Source of the DNA: an uncultured delta proteobacterium
GTDB lineage: Bacteria > Desulfobacterota > RBG-13-43-22
Direction: 5' to 3'
NCBI GenBank assembly: GCA_963743305.1
Contig: CAVUPH010000026.1
Location: 38,472 to 102,471, forward strand
Length of the DNA stretch: 64,000 bases
The first letter of the stretch is position 1. Every line of letters starts with the position of its first letter. This document shows, piece after piece, positions 54,401 to 64,000 of this stretch. Under the pieces are notes generated by a model that saw nothing but the letters and a program-made list of their open reading frames with translations, made no database searches and was not told where the DNA came from. The position numbers were made by a program, and so were the translations under genes.

Positions 54401-55861
54401 CGTATCTCCACTGAGTGTGGTCAGATCGCTTTCATCGTAAGTCGGCCGGAAGGCCTTCTGGGCATCAAAGACGGATGTACAGCGTTTGAATTCGACCCCG
54501 CTGACTTTACCGCCCTCCTGGAGAAACCGCTTCGGACCCAGACTGTTGACGATCTCGATCCCCTCTTCGAGGGCCTCTTCGATTTCGTACTCCCAGGCCG
54601 GCATTTCTTCCCGTTTTTCCAGGCAGATCAGAGTGACCTGCTCCGCGCCTAAGCGTTTGGCGCTTAAAGCCACATCGACGGCCACGTTGCCGCCGCCGAT
54701 GACCAGTACTTTTTTACCCAGAGCCACCGGGTTTTTCAGGGCCGAGTCTTTGAGAAACTCCACCCCTTTGAGCACCCCGGGCAAAGCCTCCCCTTCCACG
54801 TTCAGGCCCCGGCTCACATGCAGGCCGGTGGCCAGGAAGAAGGCCCGAAAGCCTTCGGCCTTCAGGGAATCCAGGGTAATATCCTGACCGAAAGTCACTC
54901 CGGTCTTGATCTCCACCCCCAGGGTCTCGATGGTCTGAATCTCGGAACGGAGAATGTCCCGGGGCAGACGGTACTCGGGGATACCCACGGCCATCATGCC
55001 CCCGGCGACCGGAAGTTTTTCGTAGACGGTCACCGGATAGCCGTCCCGGGCCAGAAAATAGGCGGCCCCCAGGCCCGCCGGACCGGAACCGATGACGGCG
55101 ATTTTTTCGGACTTTCGTTCCTTGACTTCCGGAACGTAGCGTTCGGTCTGGGTCAGGTCCTCATCCGCCAGGAAGCGATGGAGGTACTGAATGGCCAGGG
55201 GTTGGTCCAGGTCTCCCCGGGTACAGATTCCCTCACAAGGGTGGTGACAGACCCGGCCGCAGATTCCGGGAAAAGGATGGGCCTCTTTGAAAAGGGCCAG
55301 GGCCTCCCGGTATTTATGTTGGTTGATCAGGGCAATAAACCCTTGGACGCTGACGTGGGCCGGACAGGTGGCCTTGCAGGGGGCCGTACCCCGCTTTTCG
55401 ATGGCGAAAGCGCTGGGCATGGCTTGAGGATAAAATTTATAGGCGGCCTTGCGGTTTCGCAGACCCATATCAAACAGGTTGGAGACCTCGATGGGACAGG
55501 CCTTGGCGCACTCCCCGCAGGCCGTGCATTTGCTTTTATCCACATAGCGGGGATGTTCCAGGATTTTCACCTGAAAATTTCCCGGGTCGCCGCTGACCTC
55601 CTGGACCTCCGTCAAGGTTAACAATTCGATATTCAGATGCCGGCCCGCTTCCACCAATTTGGGCGAGATGATACACATGGAGCAATCGTTAGTGGGAAAG
55701 GTCTTGTCCAGTTGGGCCATTACCCCGCCGATGGCCGATTTCTTTTCCACCAGATAGACGTAAAAACCGGAATTCGCCAGGTCCAGAGCCGTTTGGATTC
55801 CGGCAATCCCGGCCCCCGCCACCATCACCGCCCCTACTTTTTTATTTTCGCTGGCTGCCAT
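51431..55861 (-). CDS. Large HdrA-like flavoprotein with inserted GltD-like NAD(P)H domain (HdrL type)
   Basis: LDKTFPTNDC, CGRVCHHPCE, GSGPAG, two QCVGSR..CS.VCC modules, CSPRTHE, terminal ferredoxin. Confidence 0.9.
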   Translation of the reverse strand: MAASENKKVGAVMVAGAGIAGIQTALDLANSGFYVYLVEKKSAIGGVMAQLDKTFPTNDCSMCIISPKLVEAGRHLNIELLTLTEVQEVSGDPGNFQVKILEHPRYVDKSKCTACGECAKACPIEVSNLFDMGLRNRKAAYKFYPQAMPSAFAIEKRGTAPCKATCPAHVSVQGFIALINQHKYREALALFKEAHPFPGICGRVCHHPCEGICTRGDLDQPLAIQYLHRFLADEDLTQTERYVPEVKERKSEKIAVIGSGPAGLGAAYFLARDGYPVTVYEKLPVAGGMMAVGIPEYRLPRDILRSEIQTIETLGVEIKTGVTFGQDITLDSLKAEGFRAFFLATGLHVSRGLNVEGEALPGVLKGVEFLKDSALKNPVALGKKVLVIGGGNVAVDVALSAKRLGAEQVTLICLEKREEMPAWEYEIEEALEEGIEIVNSLGPKRFLQEGGKVSGVEFKRCTSVFDAQKAFRPTYDESDLTTLSGDTVIVAIGQAADLSFASGQGVSVTPRGGLQGDPVSLETPIPGVFCGGDVFYGPKSVVEAVESGKKAAESIRRYLNGVDLKAGREEDWSYEKPSTEGVLKKARMSITKIPPAAREGNFQEVAQGFQEATTLTEAERCLKCGICSECYQCVKACLAEAVVHEMQPVERVIEVGSIVMAPGFRPFDPTAYEAYHYAQHPNVVTSMEFERILSASGPYEGHLIRPSDHKEPEKIAWLQCVGSRDINHCDHGYCSAVCCMYAIKEAVIAKEHSPHPLDTAIFFMDMRTYGKDFEKYYNRAENERGVRFIRSRIHTIDPIPGSDNLLLQYVTEKGEVRQEEFDMVVLSVGLETAPEAVDLARILGVPIDKNQFAQVSSFTPVATERPGVFTCGAFNGPKDIPQAVMEASAAACAASEGIAESRNQLIRYQELPPEKDFAGEDIKVGVFVCNCGINIGGVADVPAVREYAKTLPQVVHVEDNLFTCSQDTQEKMKQVIQEKGINRVVVASCSPRTHEPLFQQTIREAGLNTYLFDMANIRDQDTWVHQGNPEKATSKAKDLVRMAVARVSLLEPLHKVSFGLKKTGLVVGGGVAGMTSALKLAQQGFQVKLIEKTDTLGGNALKLRHTWKGEDIQAYVRDLIARVNGHPKIEVHFNTVVEHGSGFVGNYTTVLNQGGQTQQYEHGVVILATGAKEWQPDVYGYGQDPRIMTALELDQAITANDPRVTGAQTAVFIQCVGSREPERPYCSKVCCTHSVESALTLKKGNPEMDIFILYRDIRTFGSREDLYREARDQGIFFVRYDLENKPEVQVNGDKLTVTVIDHVLGQPLILSADLLTLASAIIPNPAKELVDAYKISLNSEGFLLEAHMKLRPVDFATEGIYLCGLAHYPKPIDESIAQAQAAAGRALTLLSKDSVQVGGVVAVVNPELCAVCLTCVRSCPFNVPVIGESGAAEIDVSKCQGCGVCVSECPGKAIALQHFTDKQVMAKVDALMEEAA

Positions 55862-55917
55862 AAAACCATCCTTCTGTATCGTAAGTATTTAAGTCTGTGC
55901 CTTTGTGATTGACCGGT

Positions 55918-55950
55918 AAAAAAACGCCCAGGGATGAGGCATCCCTGGGC
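55918..55950 (-). terminator. Intrinsic terminator after fhs
   Basis: GCCCAGGGATG-3 nt-CATCCCTGGGC followed by a T-run on the minus strand. Confidence 0.75.
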
Positions 55951-55962
55951 ATTCGGGTTTAG

Positions 55963-57726
55963 TTAAAACAGGCCTTTCGTCTTTCCGGTTTTGACGTCCA
56001 CGTCAATCCGGCGGAAGGCGGGATTGGAGGCCGTTCCCGGCATCAGGGTGATGGTCCCGGCTATGGGGCAGAGGAACTTGGAGCCGGAGTAAATCAGCAC
56101 GTCCCGGACGGGCAGGGTCCAGCCCTTGGGCACCCCCTTCTTGGTCGGATCATGGGTGAGGCTCAGGTGGGTCTTGACCATCATCGTGGCGTAATCGTCG
56201 TACTTGGGATTGCCTTCCAGCATCTTGGCCTTGGCCTCGGCTTCGGCCGTCCAGGAGACCCCGTCGGCCCCATAGACCTCCTTGGCGATCTTGGCCACCC
56301 GGTCGCGAAGCTTCATTTCGATCGGGTAGAGGAACTTGAATTTGGTCTTTTCCTTGCAGGCGTCGATGACCGCATCGGCCAACTCCAGGGCCCCGTCGCC
56401 GCCGTCGGCCCAGTGAGTGGACAGAGCGCAGCGGGCGCCGGCTTTTTCGGCGTACTTGCGCACCATGGCGATTTCATCCTTGGTATCGGTATGAAAGGCG
56501 TTGATGCAGACCACCGGGTTCATGCCGGATTTACGGATGACCTCGATGCAGTGGACCATATTGGCCACGCCTTTTTCTACCAAGCCCACGTTTTCCTTAA
56601 TGTATTCTTCCGGCAGGGCCAGCCCGGCCACGACCTTGGGACCGCCGCCGTGCATCTTCAGCGCCCGGATGGTGGTGGTCAGAACCGAGACGTGGGGCTT
56701 CAGGCCGCTATACCGGCATTTGACATTCCAGAATTTCTCGAAGCCGATATCCGCCGCAAAACCGCTTTCCGTGATATGATAATCAAAAAGCTTGAGCCCC
56801 ACGCGGTCGGCGATAATGGAGGACTGGCCGACAGCGATGTTGGCGAAAGGACCGGCGTGGACCATACAAGGCTGGTATTCGGCCGTGGACAGCAGGGTGG
56901 GATTGATCGAATCGACCATGAAAGCCATCATGGCCCCCCCTACCTCGAGGTCGCCCGTGGTCACCGGATTGCCTTTTTTGTCGAAGGCCACAGTGATCTC
57001 GTCGAGGCGTTTCCGCATGTCGGCCAGATCGTTGACGATCGACAGAATAGCCATGACTTCCGAGGAAACGGCGATGCCGAATTTGGACTGCATCATGTAG
57101 CCGTCCAGACGACCCCCGATGCCGATGATGATATTGCGCATGGCCTGGGCGCAGAAGTCGATGATCCAGCCCATCTCCACCCGCGTGGGGTCGATATCCA
57201 GCCGGCGCATCTTGGTCAGCCGTTTCAACTGTTCGTCGTTGTAGTTGCGCTCGTGCTGCATCCGGGCGGTCATGGCCACCATGGCCAGGTTATGGGCGTT
57301 CATGATGTTGTTGATGTCGCCGGTCAGGCCCATGGAGAATTCGGTCATAGGGATGACCAGGGCGTTTCCGCCGCCGGCCGCCGTGCCTTTAATGTTCATG
57401 GTCGGCCCGCCCGAAGGCTGTCGCAGGGCGCCGCCCACGTTCATTCCCCGCTTGCCTAACCCTTCCATCAGCCCGACCGAGGTGGTGCTTTTTCCCTCTC
57501 CCAGGGGGGTGGGAGTGATGGCGGTCACTTCGATATATTTCCCGTCCGGTTTGTCCTTCAGGCGTTCCATAATCTTTAGAAAATTCATCCTGGCCAGCCG
57601 CCCGTAGGGAATCAGTTCATCCCGATCCAGTCCCATTTTTTCCCGCCATTCTTCCGGGCGGGGCATCTTTTTTTCCGCAGCCTCGGAGATCTGCCAGTCC
57701 TTCATCTTCACCGCATTGTAGGCCAT
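55963..57726 (-). CDS. fhs: Formate--tetrahydrofolate ligase
   Basis: [36 protein letters not shown]. Confidence 0.95.
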   Translation of the reverse strand: MAYNAVKMKDWQISEAAEKKMPRPEEWREKMGLDRDELIPYGRLARMNFLKIMERLKDKPDGKYIEVTAITPTPLGEGKSTTSVGLMEGLGKRGMNVGGALRQPSGGPTMNIKGTAAGGGNALVIPMTEFSMGLTGDINNIMNAHNLAMVAMTARMQHERNYNDEQLKRLTKMRRLDIDPTRVEMGWIIDFCAQAMRNIIIGIGGRLDGYMMQSKFGIAVSSEVMAILSIVNDLADMRKRLDEITVAFDKKGNPVTTGDLEVGGAMMAFMVDSINPTLLSTAEYQPCMVHAGPFANIAVGQSSIIADRVGLKLFDYHITESGFAADIGFEKFWNVKCRYSGLKPHVSVLTTTIRALKMHGGGPKVVAGLALPEEYIKENVGLVEKGVANMVHCIEVIRKSGMNPVVCINAFHTDTKDEIAMVRKYAEKAGARCALSTHWADGGDGALELADAVIDACKEKTKFKFLYPIEMKLRDRVAKIAKEVYGADGVSWTAEAEAKAKMLEGNPKYDDYATMMVKTHLSLTHDPTKKGVPKGWTLPVRDVLIYSGSKFLCPIAGTITLMPGTASNPAFRRIDVDVKTGKTKGLF

Positions 57727-57945
57727 CTTGGAATTCCTCCTTTTGCTCTATTTTTAGTAAACCCGTGCTTAGAATGAGAATAGTTGATAAACTTGGTTTT
57801 CTTATCACACCCGGCAAGCAACCGTCAAGCCAAAAAAATCCCCCCCCCTCCCGAGTTAACCTTTTGAATTTATTGTTATTTTATCTTCTGGCCGTCCTTA
57901 TTCTCCCTGGGACCCGGCCCAGGGCCTGAATCCAGGAGTTTTATT

Positions 57946-57974
57946 TTGACAGGACGGACCTTTTGTGCTAAGCA
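57946..57974 (+). promoter_or_regulatory. Putative sigma70 promoter of nfnAB
   Basis: TTGACA-17 bp-TAAGCA with an extended -10 TG. Confidence 0.45.
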
Positions 57975-58013
57975 CCTTTATTTGTCTTAATAATCACCTA
58001 AAGGAGCGAAACC

Positions 58014-58856
58014 GTGTTTAAAATCTTGCAAAAAGAAGAAATGGCCCAGGGGACGGTGGTCAGCAATATCGTGGACGCCCCCTTGATCGCCAGGAAGGCC
58101 AAGCCCGGTCAATTTGTCATCATCCGGGCCAACGAAACCGGGGAGCGGATTCCTTTAACCATGGCCGATACCGACCCCGAAACCGGGACCATCAACCTCA
58201 TTTATCAGGTGGTGGGGAAATCGACCGCCCTGTTCAAGAGCCTGAAGGTGGGGGATTATTTTCAGGACATCTGCGGTCCCCTCGGCCAGCCGACCCATGT
58301 GGAAAAAGTGGGAACCGTTATTTGCGTGGGCGGTGGGACCGGAGTGGCCGTGCTGCATCCCATCACCAAGGGTCTGAAGGCCGCCGGCAACCACGTTATC
58401 GGGATTATCGGTTCGCGAAACAAGGACCTGTTGATCCTGGAGGAAAAAATGACCAAAGCCTCCCACGAACTGCGGGTCTGCACCGACGACGGCTCCTACG
58501 GCCATCACGGATTTGTCACCGATGTCCTCAAAGAATACCTGGATAAGAAAGAAAATCCCATCGCCCTGATCGTGGCCATCGGGCCGGTCCCCATGATGAA
58601 ATTCACCTGCAAATTGACCGCCGGATACGGGATCAAGACCATGGTCAGCCTCAACCCCATCATGGTGGACGGGACCGGCATGTGCGGCGCCTGCCGGGTG
58701 ACGGTCAACGGCGTTACCCGCTTCGGCTGCGTGGACGGCCCCGAATTCGACGGCCACGCGGTGAATTTTGACGAGTTGATCCAGCGGCAGCGGGCCTACC
58801 TGGAGCAGGAAAAGCAGTCCCTGGATCACTTTCACCAATGCCAGTGCCAGGCCTAA
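58014..58856 (+). CDS. nfnA: NADH-dependent reduced ferredoxin:NADP oxidoreductase subunit A
   Basis: GERIPLT, GGGTG, DGTGMCGACR, CVDGPEF. Confidence 0.9.
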   Translation: MFKILQKEEMAQGTVVSNIVDAPLIARKAKPGQFVIIRANETGERIPLTMADTDPETGTINLIYQVVGKSTALFKSLKVGDYFQDICGPLGQPTHVEKVGTVICVGGGTGVAVLHPITKGLKAAGNHVIGIIGSRNKDLLILEEKMTKASHELRVCTDDGSYGHHGFVTDVLKEYLDKKENPIALIVAIGPVPMMKFTCKLTAGYGIKTMVSLNPIMVDGTGMCGACRVTVNGVTRFGCVDGPEFDGHAVNFDELIQRQRAYLEQEKQSLDHFHQCQCQA

Positions 58857-58939
58857 GCCGAAGAATTTTCAATTTTCCGGCTGAAATATAAAACGTTTAA
58901 AATAAACCGCGTAGTCAGGCTTAAGAGAGGAAAGGATAT

Positions 58940-60355
58940 ATGACTGAAGAACCTAAGAAAAAAGATAAGGTGCCTCGCCAGAAGATGCCCGAACAGGAGC
59001 CCAAGGTCCGGGCCAGGAATTTCGAGGAAGTCCCCCTGGGCTATTCCCCGGAAACGGCCCTGTTGGAGGCCAGCCGCTGCCTGCAGTGCAAGAAACCCTC
59101 CTGCGTAGAAGGGTGCCCGGTCCAGATCGACATCCCGGGTTTTATCCGGGAAATCAATAAGGGTGATTTTTCCGGGGCCATTATGAAACTCTGGGAAAAG
59201 ACCAGCCTCCCGGCGGTTTGCGGTCGGGTTTGCCCCCAGGAAGCCCAGTGCGAGCAGTTGTGCATCCTGGGTAAGAAGGATGAACCGGTGGCCATCGGCC
59301 GCCTGGAACGCTTTGCCTCGGACTATCAACGGACCAAGGGGGAATTCAAACTGCCCCACAAGGCCGAACCCACCGGCAAAAAGGTGGCCGTTATCGGGTC
59401 CGGCCCCTCCGGGCTGACCGTGGCCGGGGACCTGATCCTCAAGGGGCACGACGTGACCATTTATGAGGCCTTTCATAAAGCCGGCGGCGTCCTGGTGTAC
59501 GGTATCCCGGAATTCCGGCTGCCCAAGGCCATCGTCGAGGCCGAGGTCAATATACTGGAGAAGCTGGGCGGCAAAATCGTCTGTAACGCCGTCATCGGCC
59601 GGACCCAGACCATAGAAGAATTGATGACCGAAGAAGGCTTTGACGCCGTCTACGTGGGCGTGGGAGCCGGATTGCCGGTCTTCATGAACCTGCCCGGTGA
59701 AAACCTGATCGGGATTTATTCCGCCAATGAATACCTGACCCGATCGAATCTGATGAAGGCCTACCTCTTTCCTCAGTACGATACTCCGATTATCTTCGGG
59801 AAAAACGTGGTCGTCCTGGGCGCCGGAAATGTGGCCATGGATTCGGCCCGCACGGCCTTGCGTCTGGGGGCCAAGAGCGTCAAAATCGTCTATCGCCGCT
59901 CTCGAACGGAGATGCCCGCCCGGGGCGAGGAAATCCATCATGCCGAAGAAGAAGGGGTGGAATTGTTCCTGCTCACCAATCCCACGAAGTTTTTGGGGGA
60001 TGACCAGGGCCGGGTGGTGGCTATGGAATGCATCAAGATGGAACTGGGTGAACCGGATGCCTCCGGACGCCGGAGACCGGTCCCCCTGAAGGGATCGGAG
60101 TTTACCTTGGAGACCGATCTGGTGGTAATCGCCATCGGGGCGGGCGCCAATCCGCTGATCACGGCCACCACCCCGGGACTGAAGACCAACAAGCGCGGAT
60201 ATATCGTGGCCGACGAGAAAACCGGCAAGACCCTCAAACCCGGAGTCTGGGCCGGCGGCGATATCGTCACCGGATCGGCCACGGTCATCCTGGCCATGGG
60301 GGCTGGACGACTGGCCGCCAACTCCATTCATGAGTATTTGACCATCGGCTGGTAA
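58940..60355 (+). CDS. nfnB: NfnB (GltD-like) subunit
   Basis: RCLQC..CVEGCP, CGRVCPQE.QC, GSGPSG, GAGNVAMD; adjacent to nfnA. Confidence 0.88.
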   Translation: MTEEPKKKDKVPRQKMPEQEPKVRARNFEEVPLGYSPETALLEASRCLQCKKPSCVEGCPVQIDIPGFIREINKGDFSGAIMKLWEKTSLPAVCGRVCPQEAQCEQLCILGKKDEPVAIGRLERFASDYQRTKGEFKLPHKAEPTGKKVAVIGSGPSGLTVAGDLILKGHDVTIYEAFHKAGGVLVYGIPEFRLPKAIVEAEVNILEKLGGKIVCNAVIGRTQTIEELMTEEGFDAVYVGVGAGLPVFMNLPGENLIGIYSANEYLTRSNLMKAYLFPQYDTPIIFGKNVVVLGAGNVAMDSARTALRLGAKSVKIVYRRSRTEMPARGEEIHHAEEEGVELFLLTNPTKFLGDDQGRVVAMECIKMELGEPDASGRRRPVPLKGSEFTLETDLVVIAIGAGANPLITATTPGLKTNKRGYIVADEKTGKTLKPGVWAGGDIVTGSATVILAMGAGRLAANSIHEYLTIGW

Positions 60356-60366
60356 AAAAAAACCAA

Positions 60367-60430
60367 TACCGGATGCTGGATACTGGAGGCCGGACTAAAA
60401 AAGGCCGCCCCGGTATCCGGTATCCGGCAT
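60367..60430. repeat. Heptamer-repeat hairpin
   Basis: CCGGATG CTGGATA CTGGA pairs with CCGGTAT CCGGTAT CCGGCAT. Confidence 0.5.
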
Positions 60431-60476
60431 TATTTTTTATTATGATTGCATTTTGTCTCTATCCAGCATCCAGAAC

Positions 60477-61262
60477 ATGATCGACGTCCAAAGCCAGAAA
60501 GACCACCGCAATATCGAGATCGACAAGGTCGGGGTCAAGAACATCCGCTATCCCATCACCGTCCGGGACAAGGAAAACGGCACGCAGCAGACGGTGGCCA
60601 GCATCAACATGTACGTGAACCTGCCCCATGATCACAAGGGGACCCACATGAGTCGGTTCATCGAGGTCCTGAGCGAATACCGCCGCCAGATTTCCCTGGA
60701 AAACTTCAGCCGGATTTTAGATGAATTGAAGAACCGTCTGAATGCCGAATCGGCCCACATGGAGATCACCTTCCCCTATTTTATCACCAAAAAGGCTCCG
60801 ATCAGCGGGTCCGAGGGCCTGATGGAATATGTCTGCACCTTTACCGGTTCGGTCAACGGGACCAAGGGCCGGGACCTGGCCATCAAACTGCGGATCCCCA
60901 TTGCCACGGTCTGCCCCTGTTCCAAAGAGATCAGCGAGTACGGGGCCCACAACCAGCGGGGCGAAGTCCGGGTCAGTCTGCGTTTCAAAAAATTTCTCTG
61001 GATCGAGGATATCATCCGCCTGGTGGAGGAGTCCACCTCCTGCGAAGTTTTCTCGGTCTTGAAACGAAATGACGAAAAATTCGTCACCGAAAAGGGCTAT
61101 GAAAACCCCATGTTTGTGGAGGACGTGGTCCGGGAGATCGCCCTTAAGCTGGAAGCGGACCCGAATATTACCTGGTTTGCCATCGACTCGGAGAATTTCG
61201 AATCCATCCACAATCACAGCGCCTACGCTTATATCGAACGACAGAAGACGCAGGGCGCTTAG
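60477..61262 (+). CDS. folE2: GTP cyclohydrolase I type B
   Basis: KGTHMSRF, CPCSKEIS, AHNQR, ESIHNH. Confidence 0.93.
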   Translation: MIDVQSQKDHRNIEIDKVGVKNIRYPITVRDKENGTQQTVASINMYVNLPHDHKGTHMSRFIEVLSEYRRQISLENFSRILDELKNRLNAESAHMEITFPYFITKKAPISGSEGLMEYVCTFTGSVNGTKGRDLAIKLRIPIATVCPCSKEISEYGAHNQRGEVRVSLRFKKFLWIEDIIRLVEESTSCEVFSVLKRNDEKFVTEKGYENPMFVEDVVREIALKLEADPNITWFAIDSENFESIHNHSAYAYIERQKTQGA

Positions 61263-61372
61263 CGCGGAACACAGGGCGTAAGGCGCAGGGCGTGAAGCGT
61301 AAGGCGATCGCGCTTCAAAAAGCTCTTCCCTCTACGCCTCACCTCCACCTCTCACGCCTAACGCCTTACGTC
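61247..61372. repeat. Heptamer-repeat hairpin
   Basis: (GGCGTAA/GGCGCAG)n pairs with (TACGCCT/CACGCCT)n. Confidence 0.55.
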
Positions 61373-61383
61373 AAGGAGGTCTT

Positions 61384-62667
61384 ATGGACGACCTGAAGAA
61401 AATGTACCGGACGGTCATGGCCGATCACTTTCCCTCCACCTTATCCATTTCCTTTGATGACCAGACCCTGGTCTACCGGAAAAGGACCTGGAAACTGCCC
61501 CAGAAGGACGGGATCCTGGAAGAAAAAGGGCTGCGCTATGGAGAAAACCCGGGCCAGGAGGCGGCCCTTTATGAACTGGTCAACGGGAACCTGGTTTTAG
61601 GCGACTGCGCCTTCATTAAACCCGGCTGCGGTCTGGTTTCGGCCATCTCCGAGGCCGAGATGATTCAGGAAGGCAAACATCCGGGGAAGACCAACCTCAC
61701 CGATGTGGACAACGCCTTGAATATCCTCAAGTTCCTGCTGGAAAAACCCGCCGCCGTGATTGTCAAACACAACAACCCCTGCGGCGCGGCCTATGGGGCG
61801 GCTCTTTCCGAGGCCTACTTCCGGGCCAACCGGGCCGACCGGATCGCCGCCTTTGGCGGGGCCGCTGTCTTTAACCGCGCCCTGGACAAATCCACGGCCG
61901 AATTGATCGCCCGGGATTACCTGGAAGTAGTGGCGGCGCCGGATTACGAGGAGGGCGCCGTTTCCATCTTATCGGGCCGGGGCAACTTGCGCATCCTCCG
62001 AGTCCCGCGGATGGACCTCCTGGAAAAGCTCAGGCAGACCCGTTTCGTGGATTTCAAGAGCCTCCAGGATGGCGGCCTGATCGTTCAGCAGTCTCCCATC
62101 AACGCCATTCAGAAGAGGGCTGATTTTAAGTCGGCGGCTTGTACCTACCAGGGAAAGGAATTTCGGATTGAACGGCCGGCCACCGAAAAGGAACTGGAAG
62201 ACATGTATTTCGGCTGGTCGGTCGAACAGGGGGTGACCTCCAATTCAGTCCTTTACGTCAAAGACGAATGCACGGTCGGCATCGGCACCGGCGAACAGGA
62301 CCGGGTGGGCGTGGCCGAGATAGCGGTCTTCAAGGCCTACACCAAGTATGCCGACTGGATCTGTTTTGACGCCTACGGGATCCCGTACAAAGAACTCGAA
62401 CTGGCCATCGAACAAGGGCGGCGGGACAACGCCGATAAAGAGGCCATCGACCAAAGAACCCAAAAGGATAGAGCCGGACTGCCCGGGGCCGTAATGGTCT
62501 CCGATGCCTTTTTCCCCTTCCGGGACGGCGTGGATGTGGGGCTGCGCCAGGGAATCACCGGAGTGGTCCAGCCCGGCGGTTCCCTCCGAGATTACGAAGT
62601 GATCGAGGCCTGCAACCAGGCCGGGGCCGCCATGGTCTTTACCGGCCAGCGGGCCTTTAAGCATTAA
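61384..62667 (+). CDS. PurH-like AICAR transformylase/IMP cyclohydrolase family protein
   Basis: LRYGENPGQ, KHNNPCG, SDAFFPF.D, QPGGS, GQRAFKH; lacks the usual N-terminal MGS-like domain. Confidence 0.88.
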   Translation: MDDLKKMYRTVMADHFPSTLSISFDDQTLVYRKRTWKLPQKDGILEEKGLRYGENPGQEAALYELVNGNLVLGDCAFIKPGCGLVSAISEAEMIQEGKHPGKTNLTDVDNALNILKFLLEKPAAVIVKHNNPCGAAYGAALSEAYFRANRADRIAAFGGAAVFNRALDKSTAELIARDYLEVVAAPDYEEGAVSILSGRGNLRILRVPRMDLLEKLRQTRFVDFKSLQDGGLIVQQSPINAIQKRADFKSAACTYQGKEFRIERPATEKELEDMYFGWSVEQGVTSNSVLYVKDECTVGIGTGEQDRVGVAEIAVFKAYTKYADWICFDAYGIPYKELELAIEQGRRDNADKEAIDQRTQKDRAGLPGAVMVSDAFFPFRDGVDVGLRQGITGVVQPGGSLRDYEVIEACNQAGAAMVFTGQRAFKH

Positions 62668-62762
62668 CTTATTCGGCGGACCGGGTAGGGTCCGGAGGCG
62701 GGGCATTTCCGTTGAAATAGGCCTTCCGAACTAGCCCCCGGAGAAAAAGCGAGGGTGCGAAC

Positions 62763-63185
62763 TCAAGACCTTTTTTCACCGATCGACACTTCCCTCCGGG
62801 CCAGGCGGGAGAATAAGGAAACCGGGGCCCGCCATTCCAGCAATACCCCGCTTATATCCAGGAAATCACTTTCCCGGAAAGTCATAAATAAGGGCCGCAA
62901 GCGATTTCCCCGGACCATGGTGCTTCCGTTCCAATCCGGCAAGATGAGTATGAGGCGGAAGCCTTCGAACCAATCCGTGTGGCTGAGCATATTCTGCAGG
63001 TCTTCCTGGGTGGAAGCTAACAGGATGACCACGGTTTCCTTTCTTCCGGTACTTCTCAAGAATAAGGAAAGTAGTTTCAGGGACCGGATGGTCTGGACGG
63101 TATCCGGCCACACCAGAGACCCGATCATCCGCTGCAGCCGCTGTCCGGATTCATCCTTCCGAGGAATATACACTAAGAAATCCAT
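62763..63185 (-). CDS. Hypothetical protein, possibly a degenerate receiver-like fold
   Basis: GGAGG RBS; 140-aa ORF downstream of the MCP. Confidence 0.5.
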   Translation of the reverse strand: MDFLVYIPRKDESGQRLQRMIGSLVWPDTVQTIRSLKLLSLFLRSTGRKETVVILLASTQEDLQNMLSHTDWFEGFRLILILPDWNGSTMVRGNRLRPLFMTFRESDFLDISGVLLEWRAPVSLFSRLARREVSIGEKRS

Positions 63186-63242
63186 TGCTGCTCTAACCTC
63201 CTTGCGCCTCTCCGATCCTATTCGCCGGGTTCCGATGTTTTT

Positions 63243-64000
63243 TCAAAAAGCCCCTTCGTCCAGCGGAAAAACCTGATGGGGGAGAAGCCCTTTTCGGGTG
63301 GGGGCCGCCACCCGATGGGCCGAACGCGCTTCTCGAGAGCGCCCGACCAACCTTTTCCTTTGACTCGGGCCGGCCGTTTTTCGGCTCTTTTCACTTTGGC
63401 TTGTTCTGAAAACAGCCATGATGGAGGCCAACTCCTCGGCCCCGGCGGCGTTCTGCTGAGTCATCCGGTTCATCTCCGCTACGGCCTGGTTGACCTGTTC
63501 GATCCCCTGGGCCTGCTCCTGTGAGGCCGCCGCGATTTCCCCGACCAGTTCCCGGACTTTGTTGGAATTGATCGTCACTTCCCCGAAATTGTGATTCGTA
63601 GAGGTGACCACGCCGACCCCCCCCTGGATCTTTTTGGCGATATCCTCGATCAGGCTGGAGGTATTTCGGGCCGCTTCGGCCGCCCTCATGGCCAGGTTGC
63701 GGACTTCATCGGCCACGACGGCAAAACCGGCCCCGGCTTCGCCGGCGCGAGCGGCTTCCACCGCCGCGTTCAGGGCCAGCAGATTGGTCTGGAAGGCGAT
63801 TTCGTCGATGGTCTTGACGATTTTTTGGGTCTGTTCGCTGGACTGGGCGATCTCCTTCATCGAGACCGTCAATTCCCCCATGGAGCTGTTGGTCATTTCC
63901 ATCAATTGGTTGGTGACCGAGATCAATTGATTGGCCTGACTGGCATTGTCGGCGTTTTGTTTGGTCATGGAGGACATTTCCTCCAGCGAAGAAGAGGTCT
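63243..64000 (-). CDS. Methyl-accepting chemotaxis protein (5' part outside the window)
   Basis: IAFQTNLLALNAAVEAARAGEAGAGFAVVADEVRNLA. Confidence 0.95.
   Translation of the reverse strand, partial: TSSSLEEMSSMTKQNADNASQANQLISVTNQLMEMTNSSMGELTVSMKEIAQSSEQTQKIVKTIDEIAFQTNLLALNAAVEAARAGEAGAGFAVVADEVRNLAMRAAEAARNTSSLIEDIAKKIQGGVGVVTSTNHNFGEVTINSNKVRELVGEIAAASQEQAQGIEQVNQAVAEMNRMTQQNAAGAEELASIMAVFRTSQSEKSRKTAGPSQRKRLVGRSREARSAHRVAAPTRKGLLPHQVFPLDEGAF

Noticed and set aside
51431-55861. Selenocysteine in the HdrA-like protein
   Set aside because: The ORF is uninterrupted and has Cys at NDCSMC, with no in-frame TGA.

Overview
A 64-kb window from a GC-rich anaerobe. The gene content (Sec-containing SelD and MvhD, HdrL, MetVF, Fhs, NfnAB, IorAB, TonB system) suggests a Desulfobacterota/deltaproteobacterium; this is an inference. 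Many single-base frameshifts, densest at 3-19 kb, look like long-read consensus errors. Layout: (1) 0.5-9.8 kb, a minus-strand operon of CcsA-like, ResB-like, an exported 'Moco-oxidoreductase-like x2 + tetrapyrrole methylase' fusion, APC permease, TonB-dependent receptor, ExbBD-TonB and a second tetrapyrrole methylase with a signal peptide, followed by a TupA-like gene with no signal peptide. (2) 9.9-22.4 kb, a lexA / inactive RecA-like / small helical protein / PolB2 cassette, split by an ~8-kb defence island whose nuclease and toxin genes are internally deleted, with a candidate novel LexA operator. (3) 25.4-28.7 kb, a [NiFe]-hydrogenase whose small and large subunits appear to be one polypeptide, plus its maturation protease. 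(4) 29-49 kb, mixed genes with many REP/MITE hairpins, selD (UGA-Sec), LysR, UbiB, RNase D and IorAB. (5) 49-64 kb, Wood-Ljungdahl methyl-branch and electron-bifurcation genes (metF, metV, mvhD-Sec, hdrL, fhs, nfnAB), folE2, a PurH-like gene and an MCP. The best candidates for undescribed biology are the single-chain hydrogenase, the exported tetrapyrrole-methylase/CcsBA-like/TonB operon, and the PolB2 SOS cassette with its operator and cargo. All family assignments are from motif recognition; no database searches were run.
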